Assembly: GCF_006345805.1 (NCBI RefSeq)
Contig: NC_043005.1
Span: 37,510,001-37,574,000, forward strand
Source: Octopus sinensis
Lineage: Eukaryota
Length of the DNA: 64,000 nucleotides
Reading direction: 5' to 3'
Below, piece by piece: positions 27,120-41,812 of this stretch. The position numbers were made by a program, and so were the translations under genes. Numbering within the stretch: position 1 is the first letter of the stretch; every line of letters starts with the position of its first letter. Below the pieces are notes generated by a model. That model ran no database searches and was not told where the DNA came from. It worked only from the letters and a program-made list of their open reading frames with translations.

Positions 27120-27270
27120 GAGAATTCATAAAAAAACAGGACGAAGGCAGGTGGTGTAGACAACAATCAGATGTATTAGTTTAATGCTCGGGAAATGAAG
27201 AGGTCTTTAACGTTTCGAGCCTACGCTCTTCCACAGAAAGGAACACAGAAAGAAACAGGGAGAGAAATAA
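27120..27270 (-). mobile_element. Penelope-like terminal fragment with minimal hammerhead-like motif (27205-27240)
   Basis: Minus: CTTT-CTGTGGA-AGAG-CGTAGG-CTC-GAAACGTT-AAAG; all pairings intact, core A6 replaced by U. Confidence 0.55.
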
Positions 27271-29433
27271 AGTATGTTGTCATCCCAAAGCTGCAATAGA
27301 AGACACTTGCAAAAGGTGCCACACTGTGGAATTGCATGCAAAAGTATGTGGTTGCAAAGTGAACTCACAGTTTTATACTGAGTCCCCTAGCATGGTATGT
27401 TGGGCAAGTGTCTTCACTATGTGAGCAAAACAATGCTATGATGTTTATATTCCTTGCTGCTGGTTGCTCTGCACTTTTGAAGACCAATGGAATAAAAAAA
27501 ATCATTCACTTGCAAAACAGCTTAGGTTTTGCAACAGGAAGGACATCTAATCTCAAATTTTCATCTGACCTATGAGCACATGCAAAAACATTCATCATCA
27601 TCATCAATATACTGACATAGGTTGAATGGCTTGACAGGACTGGCAAGGCTAGGGGCTGCACCAGGTTCCATAGTCTGTTTTGGCTGGTTTCTATTGCTGG
27701 ACGCTCTCCCTCATGCAAACTACTTTGCAGAGTGTGCTGGGTGCTTTCTACATGATGCCATCGCCAGCTCTTTTATGTGGCACCAGCATTACTGCATTTT
27801 ATGGGCACCTTGGTTTTAGGATCTGAATTCTGCTGTGGCAAGCAGGTTGAGTACAGCAATGCACCACATATTTCAGTCGTCTGTCATTTTCTTCATAATT
27901 ATAGCTTTATTACAGTTAATCTTTATCTTTATTTTCTTGTTTTATCCTAGAAGTGGTTTATATGTCTTCTTATGAGAAAAGTTGTGCATATTATATCTAA
28001 AATCTATATTGTGATTGAATTTAATTTTGATACTGAGTTGAGCAAAAGCCAGCAAATGACCATGCAACAAAACTTGTTCTGATATAATTCTTTTATCTAA
28101 CTGCATTAATATCCCACTGAAGCCATTGCAGACATTATTAAAAGAAAATCTAGAGTGATGGACAAAGATTGAGGATGATGTTTCCATGATTTTGAACATG
28201 TAGTTATATATTTTATTGAGTAAATCAATGGATTTAAATTATAGTCCTGCAAAGCCACCATGGTGTATCATAGTTTTTCTATGTCATTTTATGCTGCTTA
28301 ATTCATCTGAAAGTTCTTTGCCATTTTCACATCAGTATTGTAAATTTCTGCAAATGACACACACTTTGCGGTCAAAAGTTTTATCAAGATAGACAGGTGT
28401 TGTCAGAGGAATAAAAACACAATTTTCTTTACAGCATCAAATCATTCCATTAGCCCACTAGTGAAAATCAACAATGATATGCAAAGGAAAACATAGATGT
28501 CCAAAATAAATGATTCTCTCCACATGTGTCAGGATCCTTTGTCTGGTCTTCATCATTTGACCAATTCTCATAAAAAAACTTCTTTCATTTTCTCTGTTTG
28601 CTTGGAGTTTAATTTCGATTTACAGATGGTTAATGACATGTTTTTCTTCTGTCAGCAGAGTGCCATCAAAATGATTGCACAGCTTCTGCAGTTTTTTGAT
28701 TAGCACAGAATGAGTGGAACAGATATTTTACACAGCCATTTGTGATGCTAGTGAAAGTAGGCAGCAGGTGGTAATGGTGCCTTCATATAGCTGCTATTTT
28801 TTTTTCTTTTTAATTATAATCATAGTATGAATCAGTCCTCAGTGTGAATTTGTTCTGCAGAATCATTTGTCAACCAGTAAAATGTGGGAGGACTTTTTTT
28901 TTGCCACACCCTGTATTTTTAATATTGCTCCTTCTGTCTCAATAGTGCTGACTCTTGTTTGTGATGCTATACTACAAATATTTCTGAGAGCAAGAATTCC
29001 AGACCATATGGATGGCATGAATATGAATTTCAATGAAGACATCTATTTAATTAATTGCTCCTGTTACTTCAGTTCTGGTCTTTGGTATCAGATTAATTCC
29101 AGTATATACTACAGTACCAATTTAGAATGGATTTGATACTGGAAATTTAATGTAAAGTAATACAGAAAACATTGAAAAATGTCTACAGAAATGATTTATT
29201 CCTTTATCCAAATCATTTCCAATCTTTGTCCTCATATTATGCTGAAATATATTCTCTGGAAGTTCAAAGACAAAATACTTTTAATAATCTGTACAACAAC
29301 TGATTCCATGCTTGTTGAATAGACAACATTTATCATATATCATCTTCAAACTATAGATTTTAACTTTAAGGTTCAAATGTGATTTCTATCTTTCAAAGCA
29401 GGTTCTGAGATTACAAACTTTATAAAGGAAAGG

Positions 29434-29919
29434 GGGTCAAAGACAGGACAATGGTACAAATAAGGCAGTCAAATACAAAGGATTAAAAAGAATATGACTT
29501 AAAGGAAATCTTTTCATGAATTTCTTGAAATCTTTTCACAAATTTCTTGCCATATTGATGCCATGAATTGAATTTGCCATAGTGCTGGGCCAATTTGATA
29601 CCATTTAGACTTTGTGGAAATTATTTCACTCAATCAATTCTGATTGACCACTGAGTAGTAATTAATAGCTGTTGTGCGTGAGAAAAATCTACCATCTTTT
29701 TGAAATATATGAAGAGCTGTTAAGAATATTTGCATTAGTTCTGAAGAAGGTGAAAAAGTAATTTGGGACAACATACTGTTGTATATGTGTCATAGAGTCA
29801 TTGTATGGCATCAACATGGTATGAAAATTATAAAAGGATTTCCTTTAAGTAATATCCTGTTTTACTGTAAAATCCTGTATTTGACTGCCATATCGGCACC
29901 ATTGTCCCATCTTTGACCC
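29434..29919. mobile_element. MITE-like DNA transposon remnant with ~50-bp terminal inverted repeats
   Basis: GGGTCAAAGACAGGACAATGGTACAAATAAGGCAGTCAAATACAAAGGATT (29434-29484) is inverted relative to AATCCTGTATTTGACTGCCATATCGGCACCATTGTCCCATCTTTGACCC (29871-29919); no clear TSD. Confidence 0.6.
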
Positions 29920-31539
29920 TACCACCACCACCACCATCTTGTTTTCTTTATCAAGTTTGCAGTCTCAAAACCTGCTTTCTCACTGCAGTCTTTGAAAGAA
30001 ATTTCATATGAATCTTAAATTCAAAATCTAAGATTTGAAGGTGATGTATGATAAATGTTGTCTATTCAAAATGTGTGGAATCAAGTGTTGCATCAACTAT
30101 TATTTTAAAGTATATTTGTCTTTAATCTTACAGAGAATATTTCAGAACAACCTTCGGACAAATTGAAAACGTTTTGGATGAAGAAATATGTCATTTCTGT
30201 ACATATTCTTCAATGTTTTCTATACAATTTTTATATTAAATTTCCAATATCAAGTCTTTACCATATGTTATTAATGTTTTCTTTTCCCATGGATAGTGGT
30301 ATTCTATTTGCTTTGAAATGTGATGACTTTTGAGCACCATAAATGGGTCATGACCAAGAGTTTCACTTTGAGATTTCGATAAAGTTGTTGTGTTGTCAGT
30401 TTGAAGAGTTAGTTCAGCTTCTGTTGATAAATATTCATCATTTAGCTTTTCGCAAGTAATGATCTTTCTTCATTGTGTTTGCATTCATCTCTTGCTTTCC
30501 TTTCACATTTCATTTGTATTCCAGACTTCTTCTTATGCCCTGCAATGATAATGTAGGAAATTAAAATAGTGTTCATAAGAATAACAACAATGATGAATTG
30601 TATTATGGTTTTGCCTATTATTTTCTATATACCAGTGAAAACAGACCACTACTGATCTGATTATTAGAATACTGTAATAACAATTAGACAAACCACTGGT
30701 CTGAAAATACTGGTTTGAAATAGTTCAGACTTCAGATATGAATATCACAGATTTTATAAACTCAATCAGAGCAAGGTTTACATAAATGTGTTTGTTTGTG
30801 GGTTTATGTATATTTTCATGTTTACAAACACAACCAAATAACACATTGTTAAAAAATATCTTCATAACTATTTGTTTTAGAAAGTTAATGGGTGATTTAT
30901 ATTGTAAGAAAAGTATTGAAAGAGAAACCATAAACTTAATCCTGACATGATTTCATCATCATCATTGTTTAATGTCTGGCTTCCATACATGCATGAATTC
31001 GACGGTTTGACAGGAGCTGGCCAGGTAGAAGACTACCTCAGGCTGCTATGTCTGTTTTGGCAGAGTTTTTTTGACTGGATACCCTTCCTAATACCAGCCT
31101 CTCTGCAGAGTGTCACTCATTGCTTTTTATATGGCACCAGCACAGACAAGGTCAGTTTTTGCATGATTTTTACAGCTGGATGCCCTTCCAAATGCCAACC
31201 ACTTTACAATGTAAACTGGATGCTTTTTACTTGGCAACAGCATCAGCAAGGTTAGCAGGTAACTTGCAAGACAAGGAATTCTAAGAGGAGTGAGGGCATT
31301 GGAAGAAAGGTTCTTGTATCAGGTGATGAAAGGTTAGTGAGCAGGGTAGTAAGGGCAAGGAAGGGGAGTGGAAGACAATCATAATGTTTGAAGAGGAAAC
31401 GTGAGGAAGAGAAATATGCAGTTTAAAAGCAGTGACACAGTTCAGTTTTTTTAGATAGGGTGTGTGAAAGGTTTGCTTTACATGTGGGTGGGACACAATT
31501 CTTGTAGCACTCAGTTTCACTGACATGGGCGGATCTTCT

Positions 31540-32092
31540 CTAGGACCTCATATCGCCAAATATCTTGGTTGATTGTCATTTCCTCTGTGAGCCCAACATC
31601 CTGAGATCAGTCTTCACCACTTCATCCCATGTCTTCCTGGGTCCCCTACCTCCCCAGGTACCACCCACTTACAGTGAGAGGCACTTCTTTATACAACTGT
31701 CTTTACTCATACACATCACATGTCCAAACCAATGCATTCTCCTCTCCTGGATGCCACATTTAATTCCTCTTATGCTTAACTATTCTCTCAACACAGTTGT
31801 ACTTTATTGCTCATGCAATCTGGTGTTGCAAATCCAATAGAGCATACTACCATCATTCCTCTCTAGTTTATGCGTGTCCTTTACATTCAGAGTCATGGAG
31901 TATAGCCGTTTGTACATAAGCATCATACAATCTACCTTTCACTCTGAAAGACTGTCCTTTTGTTACTAACAGAGGTAGTAGCTCTCTGAACTTCCTCCAT
32001 CCTATTATTATTCTAGAAATAATACTTTCAGAGCATCCATCACTGTCACTAATTTGGTCACCTAAGTAGCAGAAACTATCTACTACTTCAAG
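31540..32092 (-). mobile_element. Degraded RTE LINE ORF 3' fragment
   Basis: Reverse complement aligns by eye to 48590-49150 (AAAGGACAGTCTTTCAGAGTGAAAGGTAGATTGTATGATGC vs AAGGGCCTCTCGCTCAGAGTGAAAGGTAGAATGTATGATGC). Confidence 0.75.
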
Positions 32093-34287
32093 AGAGTCTC
32101 AACCAGTACTTATTTTTTTTATCTCAAAAGGATAGAAGTTGATATCGACCTTAGTGGAATTTGAACTCAGAATATAAAAACAGGAGAAATGCCACTAGGT
32201 ATTTAGCCACTAGGGCTAATGATTCTGCCAGTTGTTGCCTTCAATAATAACAGCAACAATTATAATCCTTCCTACTAAAGGCACAAGGTCTGAAATTTGG
32301 GGGCAGTGGGTTAAGCTGATTACATCAATCCCAGTGTTTCACTGGTACTTAATCTATTTACCCAAAAAGGTGGAATTTGAACTCAGAACAAAGACATAAA
32401 CAATATACTGCAAAGCATTTCACCTGGCATGCTAACAATTCTGCCAATTTGCTGCCTTAATAATAATAATTACAATTTCGACCAAAAGCACAAGGCCTGA
32501 AATTTGTGGGGAAGGGGTAAGTTGATTTCATTGACCCCCGTGTTTCACTGGTACTTAATTTATTGACCCCATAAAGATGAAAGACAAAGTTGACCTCTGA
32601 ATGTAGTGACAGACAAAGTACTTTTAATCATTTCACCTGGCATACTAACGATTCTGCCAGCTCGCCACCTTAATATCAATAATAATTATTATTACTAAAA
32701 AGAGGAGATGATGATAGGTGTTATATCCTAGACATATAAATAAAGCTAGATATCTTGAGCAGCAATTATAGAAATGGGAATAACTTAAGAAGAACTTAAA
32801 ATCAATTCAATTTGAATTGTGCACCTTGATAGAATTTATTAGGTCTACTAGAATAAAAACAAACGTGAATGAAATATTGTAAAAGACAGAAATCATTTTC
32901 TCTTTATTGGAATATAATACGTTTGCAAACAAGTTTACGTCTTTGCACGAATAAAATACCATGTCAAAAATGTAAGAAATTCTGTCACTTTAATTTCTAT
33001 TGTCCATCTGGCTCTTGTTCTCAAATAAAATTGCTATGTCTTTTTTTTGATAAGTTTCGATGTCCTCTCATCAACTGGAATTCATTCAAACCATACTAAA
33101 TTCTTTTATTACACTTTTAGAGACCATTTTTCAATATGAACAGACAAAGCTGAGAATGGTTATGACTGGCTCATGAAACATTTATTATACTCTGCAGATG
33201 GTTAGAGCTTCCTCATATATATCAGTGCAATTAACATTTGCGCATACACATACGTATTCACATTTTTGCATACATACGTGCATCTATGCCTTCATGTCTG
33301 TTACACACATACACACAGATATACATAAAGTAAAGTGAAGTTAAGAAGTCAGATGGAAGAAATAGAAAAGAAATAATATGATGAGTCTAACAACAAGAAA
33401 TTAAGAGTAGAGGAAATCTGGAGTTGATGTAAAGTTGAGGCGAGTCTATTACATTGGTACTTAAGCTAAACATATCTAATTCTTTCTATTTTCACTTTTT
33501 TGAAAACACAATCATTTTATGCATTTTCATCATCAACACTAATATCATCATCGTCATCATCATTTAACATCCAGCTTCCATTCTAAAACAGGTTGACTAG
33601 TTTGTAAAGGAACGACAAGTTGGAGGATTGCCTCTTACACCAATGTCCATTTCAGCATAATTTCTATAGCTGGATGTTCTTCCTAACATCAACCAGTTAA
33701 GAAAATATACAGAATGGATGCCTTTTCTATGGCATCAACCTTCGTAATGATCACTTTGTAACCTCTCACTCACACTTTTATGAAAGTACCCACCTTTTTC
33801 TTCTCCTCCCATTAGATCTACTCTCTATATTATCTTTTCTATTCACCTTATTGTATCTCAAAAGTACACTCTTAGTACCTTGTCACCACCATCATTTTCT
33901 ACCTTCCAACAAGTCTCAACCACCCTCACATAATGTCGAGTAGTTATGTTTCCTTAATAACTAGTAGAGCAAGTAAAATCCCTTCCTGAGCCAAATGGAT
34001 GCATAAGGCTGTTTTCCCTGTTTCCATGGCTTATATACTTCCCACCTAGATGGAATTCTGATCCAGCACAAGTTTACTAATTTTTGTCAGCTGAGTGGAC
34101 AGGAGCAATATGAAATTAAGTGTTTTGCTCAAGAATACAACACACTACCCAGTCCAGGTATTGAAATCACAAAGTTATGAATATGAGTTCAAGACCCTAA
34201 CCCCCATGCCACATGCCTCTACATTCTATAACAAGACAAATCCTTCTCTCATACTTCAGTCTTCACCTAGCATAAAACCACCTCCTA

Positions 34288-34324
<37 letters not shown>

Positions 34325-35154
34325 ACAAATCCTCATACACAAACACACTCATGTGGTGGGGCTGAAGGTGGGTAGGTTTATTTCAGAAACATTAACTGGG
34401 GATCAACCATTTTATTATTTGAAACTTTCAACTTCTATATATGAAACACAAGTATAAATATCCGAGTGTATTGCAAAAGACTAGCTTGACATAGCATACA
34501 ACTAAAGTTTACCATGATGCATTTGGACCAGAAGTTGCAGTTTATAGGGATCAAGGCTTGAAGAGAGTTCAGCAATACCATTATTCTTTACCCCACCCCA
34601 CCCCCCAAAAAAACAAATAAACGAAAACAAACAATAAAATATGTAAAAAGTCAATATAAAACAAAAAATAAATTTCGAAAAATACAAAAATAGCAAAAAC
34701 GACAGCAGAAAGGAATGAGAAGTGAAAATAAATTAAAGAATTAGCGAAACTAAATCCAATGAAAATAAAGCTTTTGCTTCTTCAAGTGATATTGTTTCTA
34801 CTACTACTACTACTGCTGCTGCTGCCACTGACTGCTGCCGTGGTAATGTTGTTGTTGTATGTGCATATATATATATATATGTATGTTTATATATATGTGT
34901 GTATAAATCTCTATGTTTATTTATATATAAATTCCGTTATTGAGTCATTAGTTTCGTTATTAGCCTTTGTTTCTATGCATTTTCTATGTGTGATCATTTC
35001 GTTTGGGTTTTTTTTTTATATTGTTGATGATGGTAATAAAGATGATGATGATGATGATGATGATGAGAAACAAGTGAAGGGGAAGAAGGAAGAAAGAAAG
35101 AGGAGGATGATTATGTATTTTTTTTTAGGGATTTGTTATTCCGGAATATTTTTG

Positions 35155-35156
<2 letters not shown>

Positions 35157-35186
<30 letters not shown>

Positions 35187-35188
35187 GC

Positions 35189-35234
<46 letters not shown>

Positions 35235-35241
35235 TATTATT

Positions 35242-35276
<35 letters not shown>

Positions 35277-35309
35277 TGTTATTATTGTTATTGCTATTTA
35301 TTATTATTA

Positions 35310-35383
<74 letters not shown>
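35157..35383. repeat. (ATT)n microsatellite
   Basis: About 75 trinucleotide units, lightly interrupted; source of the poly-L/I/Y ORFs. Confidence 0.95.
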
Positions 35384-36068
35384 GCTGTTATTTAGATGTT
35401 ATTAGTTTTAGGTTGTTAATACATTTGGTTTTGATCTTGCTTTTTCTCAAATGTTTCGTCGTAGTAGTTGTTGTTATTGTTTCATCTTCCCACCCCAACC
35501 CCCCCTCCCCATCATATTACATTCATTATGTTTTCTTTTTAAACAAAGTAATGTCAAACCAAATAAGAAGGCAGCTTGCTTTCTATGCATTTTACAAAAT
35601 GAAATGCATTTGTACCAGCGTATGCATACAAAACAGTGCAATTATTTGAAGAGATGCAAATTCCAAATAGATATAAAAACAAAAAATATGTGGGGGAAAA
35701 AAAAACAGTAGGAGAAGGGACAAAATTGACGAATAGGAATATGTAGAGTAACCTGATATATTATATAAAAAAAGGATAATTTGAAATAAATAAATGATAA
35801 ATAAAGGAAAATATATATTTAAAAAAGGAGGTAACTAATGCCATTGAGCAATAAAAATACATAGTAAGCAAAACTATTTAAGACATAAATCAAAGGGTTG
35901 TGAAGGTATAAAAGAAAATGTTATGCGTAGTTATGTTTCCCACATATAATTTCTGTGCTTTCAATAAAATGATATCTGAATATATGTTTGTGTTTATGTG
36001 TGTTTTAAGCCTGTGAATTCACGTCTGTATTTGTGTATGAGTATAAATATCAGTTTAGATTTTGTGTG

Positions 36069-36099
<31 letters not shown>

Positions 36100-37014
36100 C
36101 TATATATATTTATATATTTATATAGATAGATAGACAGATATATCATCCCACCCCATGCAAGTATGGAATATGATCGTTAAATGATGACAACAACAAAAAA
36201 TAAACCTATCACTTCCTTCTTGTATCATGCTGCCTTTTTTCTCTGTTCCCTTCCTCACTCTTTTCTTTTGGACAACCCAACTACTCATTATCTCCCTTTT
36301 AATTCTATTTCTCATCCTTCCTTGGTTACTGAAGCATCATTAGTATTCTGCTGCTCTCCCCACTTCATCACCATTGGTCATACCCCAAACCCTTATTATT
36401 ATATATGACATCAACCCCTCAACCCTGTCTAGATTTTACAGTTGTCACCTACTCTTCTCCAACTTCCCTTCTTGTTATACACACAACACTTGTTCTTGAT
36501 TCTCTATATTCACATCTTGCCCATCTCCCAGCTATCCCAAGCATTCTAGCAGCTTCCAACCACATACCCACCCATTTCTTTTAAGTATCACCCATTTCTA
36601 TTCACCTCATATCATGAGGATCCATCTGGACACCTCATTATCTTCACCATTCTTATATCTTTCCAGCACCATCCAGATCACCATCACATTCTCTTCTATG
36701 GTGTGAGTAGCCATGTAGCCCTGCTATAGCAAGAAACTTAGTCTGCTCTTACTTGTCTTTCATGTTTAACCGATCATCTCCTTCCATAAAGTCACCTCTC
36801 TCAGGTTTCATAATCTTGAAAACTATAGGAGACACCAGTAGTGCTGGTGCCATAAAATAAAGCAGCTTGTACATGGTGGGAAATGATTGGCATTAGGAGG
36901 CCATTCAACCATAGAAACCACATAGACAGCATGATATAGTCCTATGTCCTGTCAGATTGTGTCAAACTATCCAGTTCATACCAGCTGGAATATGGACATT
37001 AAATTATGTTAATG

Positions 37015-37046
<32 letters not shown>

Positions 37047-37130
37047 TGTATGTATGTGTGTGTGTGTGTGTATGTGTGTGTGTGTGTGTGTTTACACGGG
37101 CACACAAGTGTATGTATATATTTATTGTTT

Positions 37131-37546
37131 ATTTTTTACTCGTTTCAGTCATAGACTGTGGTCATGTTGGGGCACCATCTTGAATCTTTAGTTGAATTAA
37201 TCAACCCTGTTACTTATTTTTTAGGCCTGGTACTTATTCTATCAGTCTCTTTGCCAAAACACTAAGTTACAGGGACGTATACACATAACACCAGTTGTCA
37301 AGCAGTGTGGTAGGGACAAACATAGAAACAAACACACACTCCTATATGTATGTGTGTGTATGTGTATACGATGGGCTTCTCTCAGTTTCCCTCATCTAAA
37401 TCCACCCACAAGGCTTTGGCCAACGCAAAGCTATAGTAGAAGGTACTCAGGATGCCATGCATTTTCAAGCAATGCCATGCAGTGGGACTGAACCCAAAAC
37501 CATGTGGTTGGGAAACAATCTTCTTACCACACAGCCGCTCCTGCAC
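37131..37546 (-). mobile_element. tRNA-head SINE (family of 15316-15730)
   Basis: Full-length homology to 15316-15730 in the same orientation. Confidence 0.8.
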
Positions 37547-37762
37547 CTATATATATATATATATATATAGTTATTTCAGTTACTGTCTACCAAGGTTTTG
37601 ATAAACTTCGAGCTGTAGTAAAAGACATGTGCCACACATGGCATGTAGTGGAACTGAACCTGAAACCACATAGTTGGGAAGCATGTCTGAATGCATGAAT
37701 GCATCTGTATGTATGAACGTGTTTGGATGTGCATATTTATATGTGCAGATGCATATACATCC

Positions 37763-37815
<53 letters not shown>

Positions 37816-38462
37816 TACAAATACATGCATAGACACATACACACATATCATGACAGGCACAATAAGCATATATATATGCCCGTATAACGTACATCATATC
37901 TCATCTAGGCATGCACATCATGTACAAAGAGACATGGTACAATTAGGTTTTTGTCATCTTTTCAACAAAACATTATCCAGCTTTTCCTTTCATATTTCAT
38001 TGAATTTTATCAGAGAAATTTGATGTAATTTAATAATGTTACATAATAATGTTACATAATAATTATCCCTGGGAAATCACATACTCATTGTTTTTCTCAA
38101 CTATAACAAAAATTACATGCACATTGCTGTAATCACCATCACCACTCTCTTTGAATGAATTCATCTCTGTAATAACCATTATTCATATATCTGCCATCAC
38201 TATAAGAAGCACATATCAATATTAATACACCCACAATCCATGAAACAGCACTCAGAAAAATCACTGCTCAAACAACTGACACAAGCTATAAAACATGGTA
38301 TAAGTTATCGCAGCAGTTGCTGAGGACAGTTTTACATTTATTGCATAACAGTGGTATGAGAATGTTAGTGGGTATGTGAACAGAGTTTTGTGACTGAAAG
38401 TTGGCTATACTTCCTGAAAAAGAAAATATGTAAATTTCTACAGACCGTAGACCACACACACA

Positions 38463-38505
<43 letters not shown>

Positions 38506-40013
38506 TCATAAGCATAAACATAAATATATAAAATATATATAGCATTTTCATAGCATTTTTTCTAATGGCCAGATAACTGAAGATATGGCAGTGTGGATTT
38601 CCACCTCAGCATCCGAAACTCCGAATTTTATCATGGCTACCGAATAATTGTTATATATTACATTTACAGATATATATATATATTTATAAAATAAGAATGA
38701 CAATAATAATATAATAATAATAATAATGTTAAGGATTATTAATTCCTTTATATATATGTGTGTGTGTGTGTGGTGTGTGTGTGTGTGTATGTATATCAAA
38801 ATAGTTTGGTTCATATTCGTTGATATTCACAGAGTTTCAAGTGTGATGCTAATCTCCAGCCATTTCGAATTTGAATGAAGGAAGTTGATTGTTATTACTG
38901 TAAGATGGGCTGTGATTGGTTGGAGATCATGTGGTGTCATGGCTTGATGTTGGTATAACCATATATCAGTGACGACAGATCATTGGAAAAACACTGCATG
39001 GTGGACAGGAAATCGGTTAGGTTGTTGGAGGGGAGGTAGAAAGGAGTGGTATGCACAAATAGACAGTTGCATATGCGGGTGTGTGGACACACTCATCTGG
39101 TTTTGCATGCATATTGGTATTGATGCGAGCATCCGCATCTGTACATGGGCATGCACGTACATGCCCACACACTTAAACACACACAAGCACATTTACATAT
39201 GAACGGACATACGTGCATGTACATACACATACATGTGCTCATACACATATACATATACATGTGTCTGCATGTGTGTGTGTGCACGTGTCATGTCTGTTCA
39301 TATGTATACAGATATATGGGGCAAGTAAGTCTGTTCAGAGTTGCCTCTTTTCAGTATTTCCCATTGATAATGGCTTAAGAGGTAGGAAAATGTCAACGTT
39401 GTAAATATTTTACCCTATAAAAAATATGTACACTGTGCATTTTCCTTCTTTTTATTTTATTTCCTTCTACAACCCACTACATAGGGGAAAAAATTTCTCC
39501 ATCAAAGCTTTTCACTAGATATATATATACATGATGGCTGCAAACTTGTGTTTGAGTATTGCCATTGCCTGATTGAAAGTCCCACATATGCGGAGGCTAC
39601 GACCAGCCATTTTGTGAATATGCGGAGGCTACGACCAGCCATTTTGTGATAAGTTTAACTTTTTTTCAAGCAATGCCTGGGCATAATGATTTTTTATAGT
39701 GAGGAAAGGATTTATACAAATCCAATCTCACTCTCTGAACATGAGCAACATAAACTTGAAAAGAAGAATTAATCTACTTGATCGAATATTGTCAGTGATG
39801 CAAGTTTTCTCTCAGAGTTTCCCTCTTCTACAGAATTGGTCCCTAGAGTCATCCTTTACCTAATTTCTAACCACTGGCCAAGTATATGTGTGGAGACAGC
39901 CAAAAGGAGCATTTGACCCTGACTGCCTTCTTCTAACAGTTAAATATGGAGGTGGATAGGAGGCTATATCTTGGAAATGTGCCAGCCCAATGGTTTCCCT
40001 ACATGGCAGAATT

Positions 40014-40143
40014 AATAGTCAAGACTATTGAAGCATTTTATCTGATCAAATTCATCCTATGGTTGCAGAACTGTTTCCGGAGGGAATTGCAATCTTTCAG
40101 GATGATAATGCACCTATTCACACAGCTAAAGTTGTTACTGAAT
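40014..40143 (+). mobile_element. Tc1-family transposase DDE-domain fragment
   Basis: [42 protein letters not shown] contains the Tc1 [12 protein letters not shown] motif; truncated by a (TA)n array. Confidence 0.85.
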
Positions 40144-40187
40144 ATATATACACATATATATATGCATACATATATACATATATACAT

Positions 40188-40218
<31 letters not shown>

Positions 40219-41580
40219 CACACACATACACATATACATATATACATATATATATATATATACATACACATATACATATATATATATACATACATATATA
40301 CAAACATATATATATATACATATATACATACATATAAGTACATATGCACATTATATATATATATATATATATACTTATATATATACTCACACATTTATAC
40401 ATATATTTATATATATACATATGCATGTATATACATATACATACACATACATGTATATATATGAGTAAAAGTACAGGACATCACCAACAAGTGAAAAATA
40501 CATAATCACACAGAGATAAGTACAGGACAAGATATCGAAAAGAGTTCTCCTCAGTTGTTAACTGTTTTACTACTATCTATTTCATGCCTTTAAAGACATG
40601 ATAGGAAAACTTCATAAAACAGGAGCATCCGGAAATTTTAAAAATATAAAATTTGTGGAGTGTTAAAGCTTGAAACGAACAAACAGCAAAAGATTGGATG
40701 TACAAAGTAAACAATCAATGAAGACAAGAATTAGGGGTCGTTAAGCGAAGACGAATTTTAATGGGTAACACCTGGGAGAGACTTGTTGAGGAAATAGAGT
40801 AAATAGAAGAGAAGAAAATAGTAGAAAAGAAAAAATGTTAGGAGGCGAGAAAAATTATGTCCTGCATGATGGATGTCTTATCCAGAAAAGACAGGGGCGA
40901 GAGAAATAGGCTGTAGCCACGTGTGAGCAACAGGTTGATGGGAAGGAGTACAAAAGAAGATGATAACTTAATATATTGCATGCCTTTGCTCCCCTAAGGA
41001 GATCCTCAGCTCTTTAAGCCTCTCCTGATATTCCAATATTCTCAAGATATATATGTGTGTGTGTGTGTGCGTGTGTACTTAGACACACACAGAGAATCAG
41101 ATATACATAAACATAATTCTATATATACATATATGTATGCATATGTGTGTCTGTGTGTGTATATATAAATATATATAAAATATATATTTTCTATATAAAT
41201 TTTATTTTCGTCAGTGGCAAAATCTAAAAGAAGCAAAAAAAAAAAAGAGAGACAAAATGCACAACTGAGATGGTGATAGAAAACAACAAAGCTAGGAGAG
41301 AGAATTAAAAGTTTACTACCAGCTGCTACACAGTAAAAGATGAATGAATGTACAGCAATAATAGAGAATATTTATAATTAAAATATATCTTACAATGTGT
41401 GAACAGTCGTCACATGACGCAAACTGTTTAGAGGCAACAACAGCATTATACTGAATCAATGGCTACATAGAATATGTATATATATATATATATATATACG
41501 TATATATGTGCGTGTGTTTGCATGTATGCATTATGTGTGTATGAGTATATATGTGTCTAAATATATACACATACATAAAT

Positions 41581-41615
<35 letters not shown>

Positions 41616-41776
41616 TATATATATATATACACATACACACATATATATACACATATATATATATACATACATATATATATATACACATATATAGACGTTT
41701 GTGTGTATGTGTATGCATAAATATGTGTGTGTGTGTATATATATATATATATGTAGATATAAATATATATATATAT

Positions 41777-41812
<36 letters not shown>

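Noticed and set aside
34759-35649. Longest ORF in the track (296 aa)
   Set aside because: Poly-L/I/Y/D composition comes from (ATT)n, (GAT)n and (CTA)n microsatellites; no domain-like sequence.
36752-36821. 70-nt minus-strand exon candidate (FKIMKPERGDFMEGDDRLNMKD) with a GTAAGA donor
   Set aside because: Lies within the same interspersed repeat type as 23760-23870, so the splice signals are probably fortuitous.
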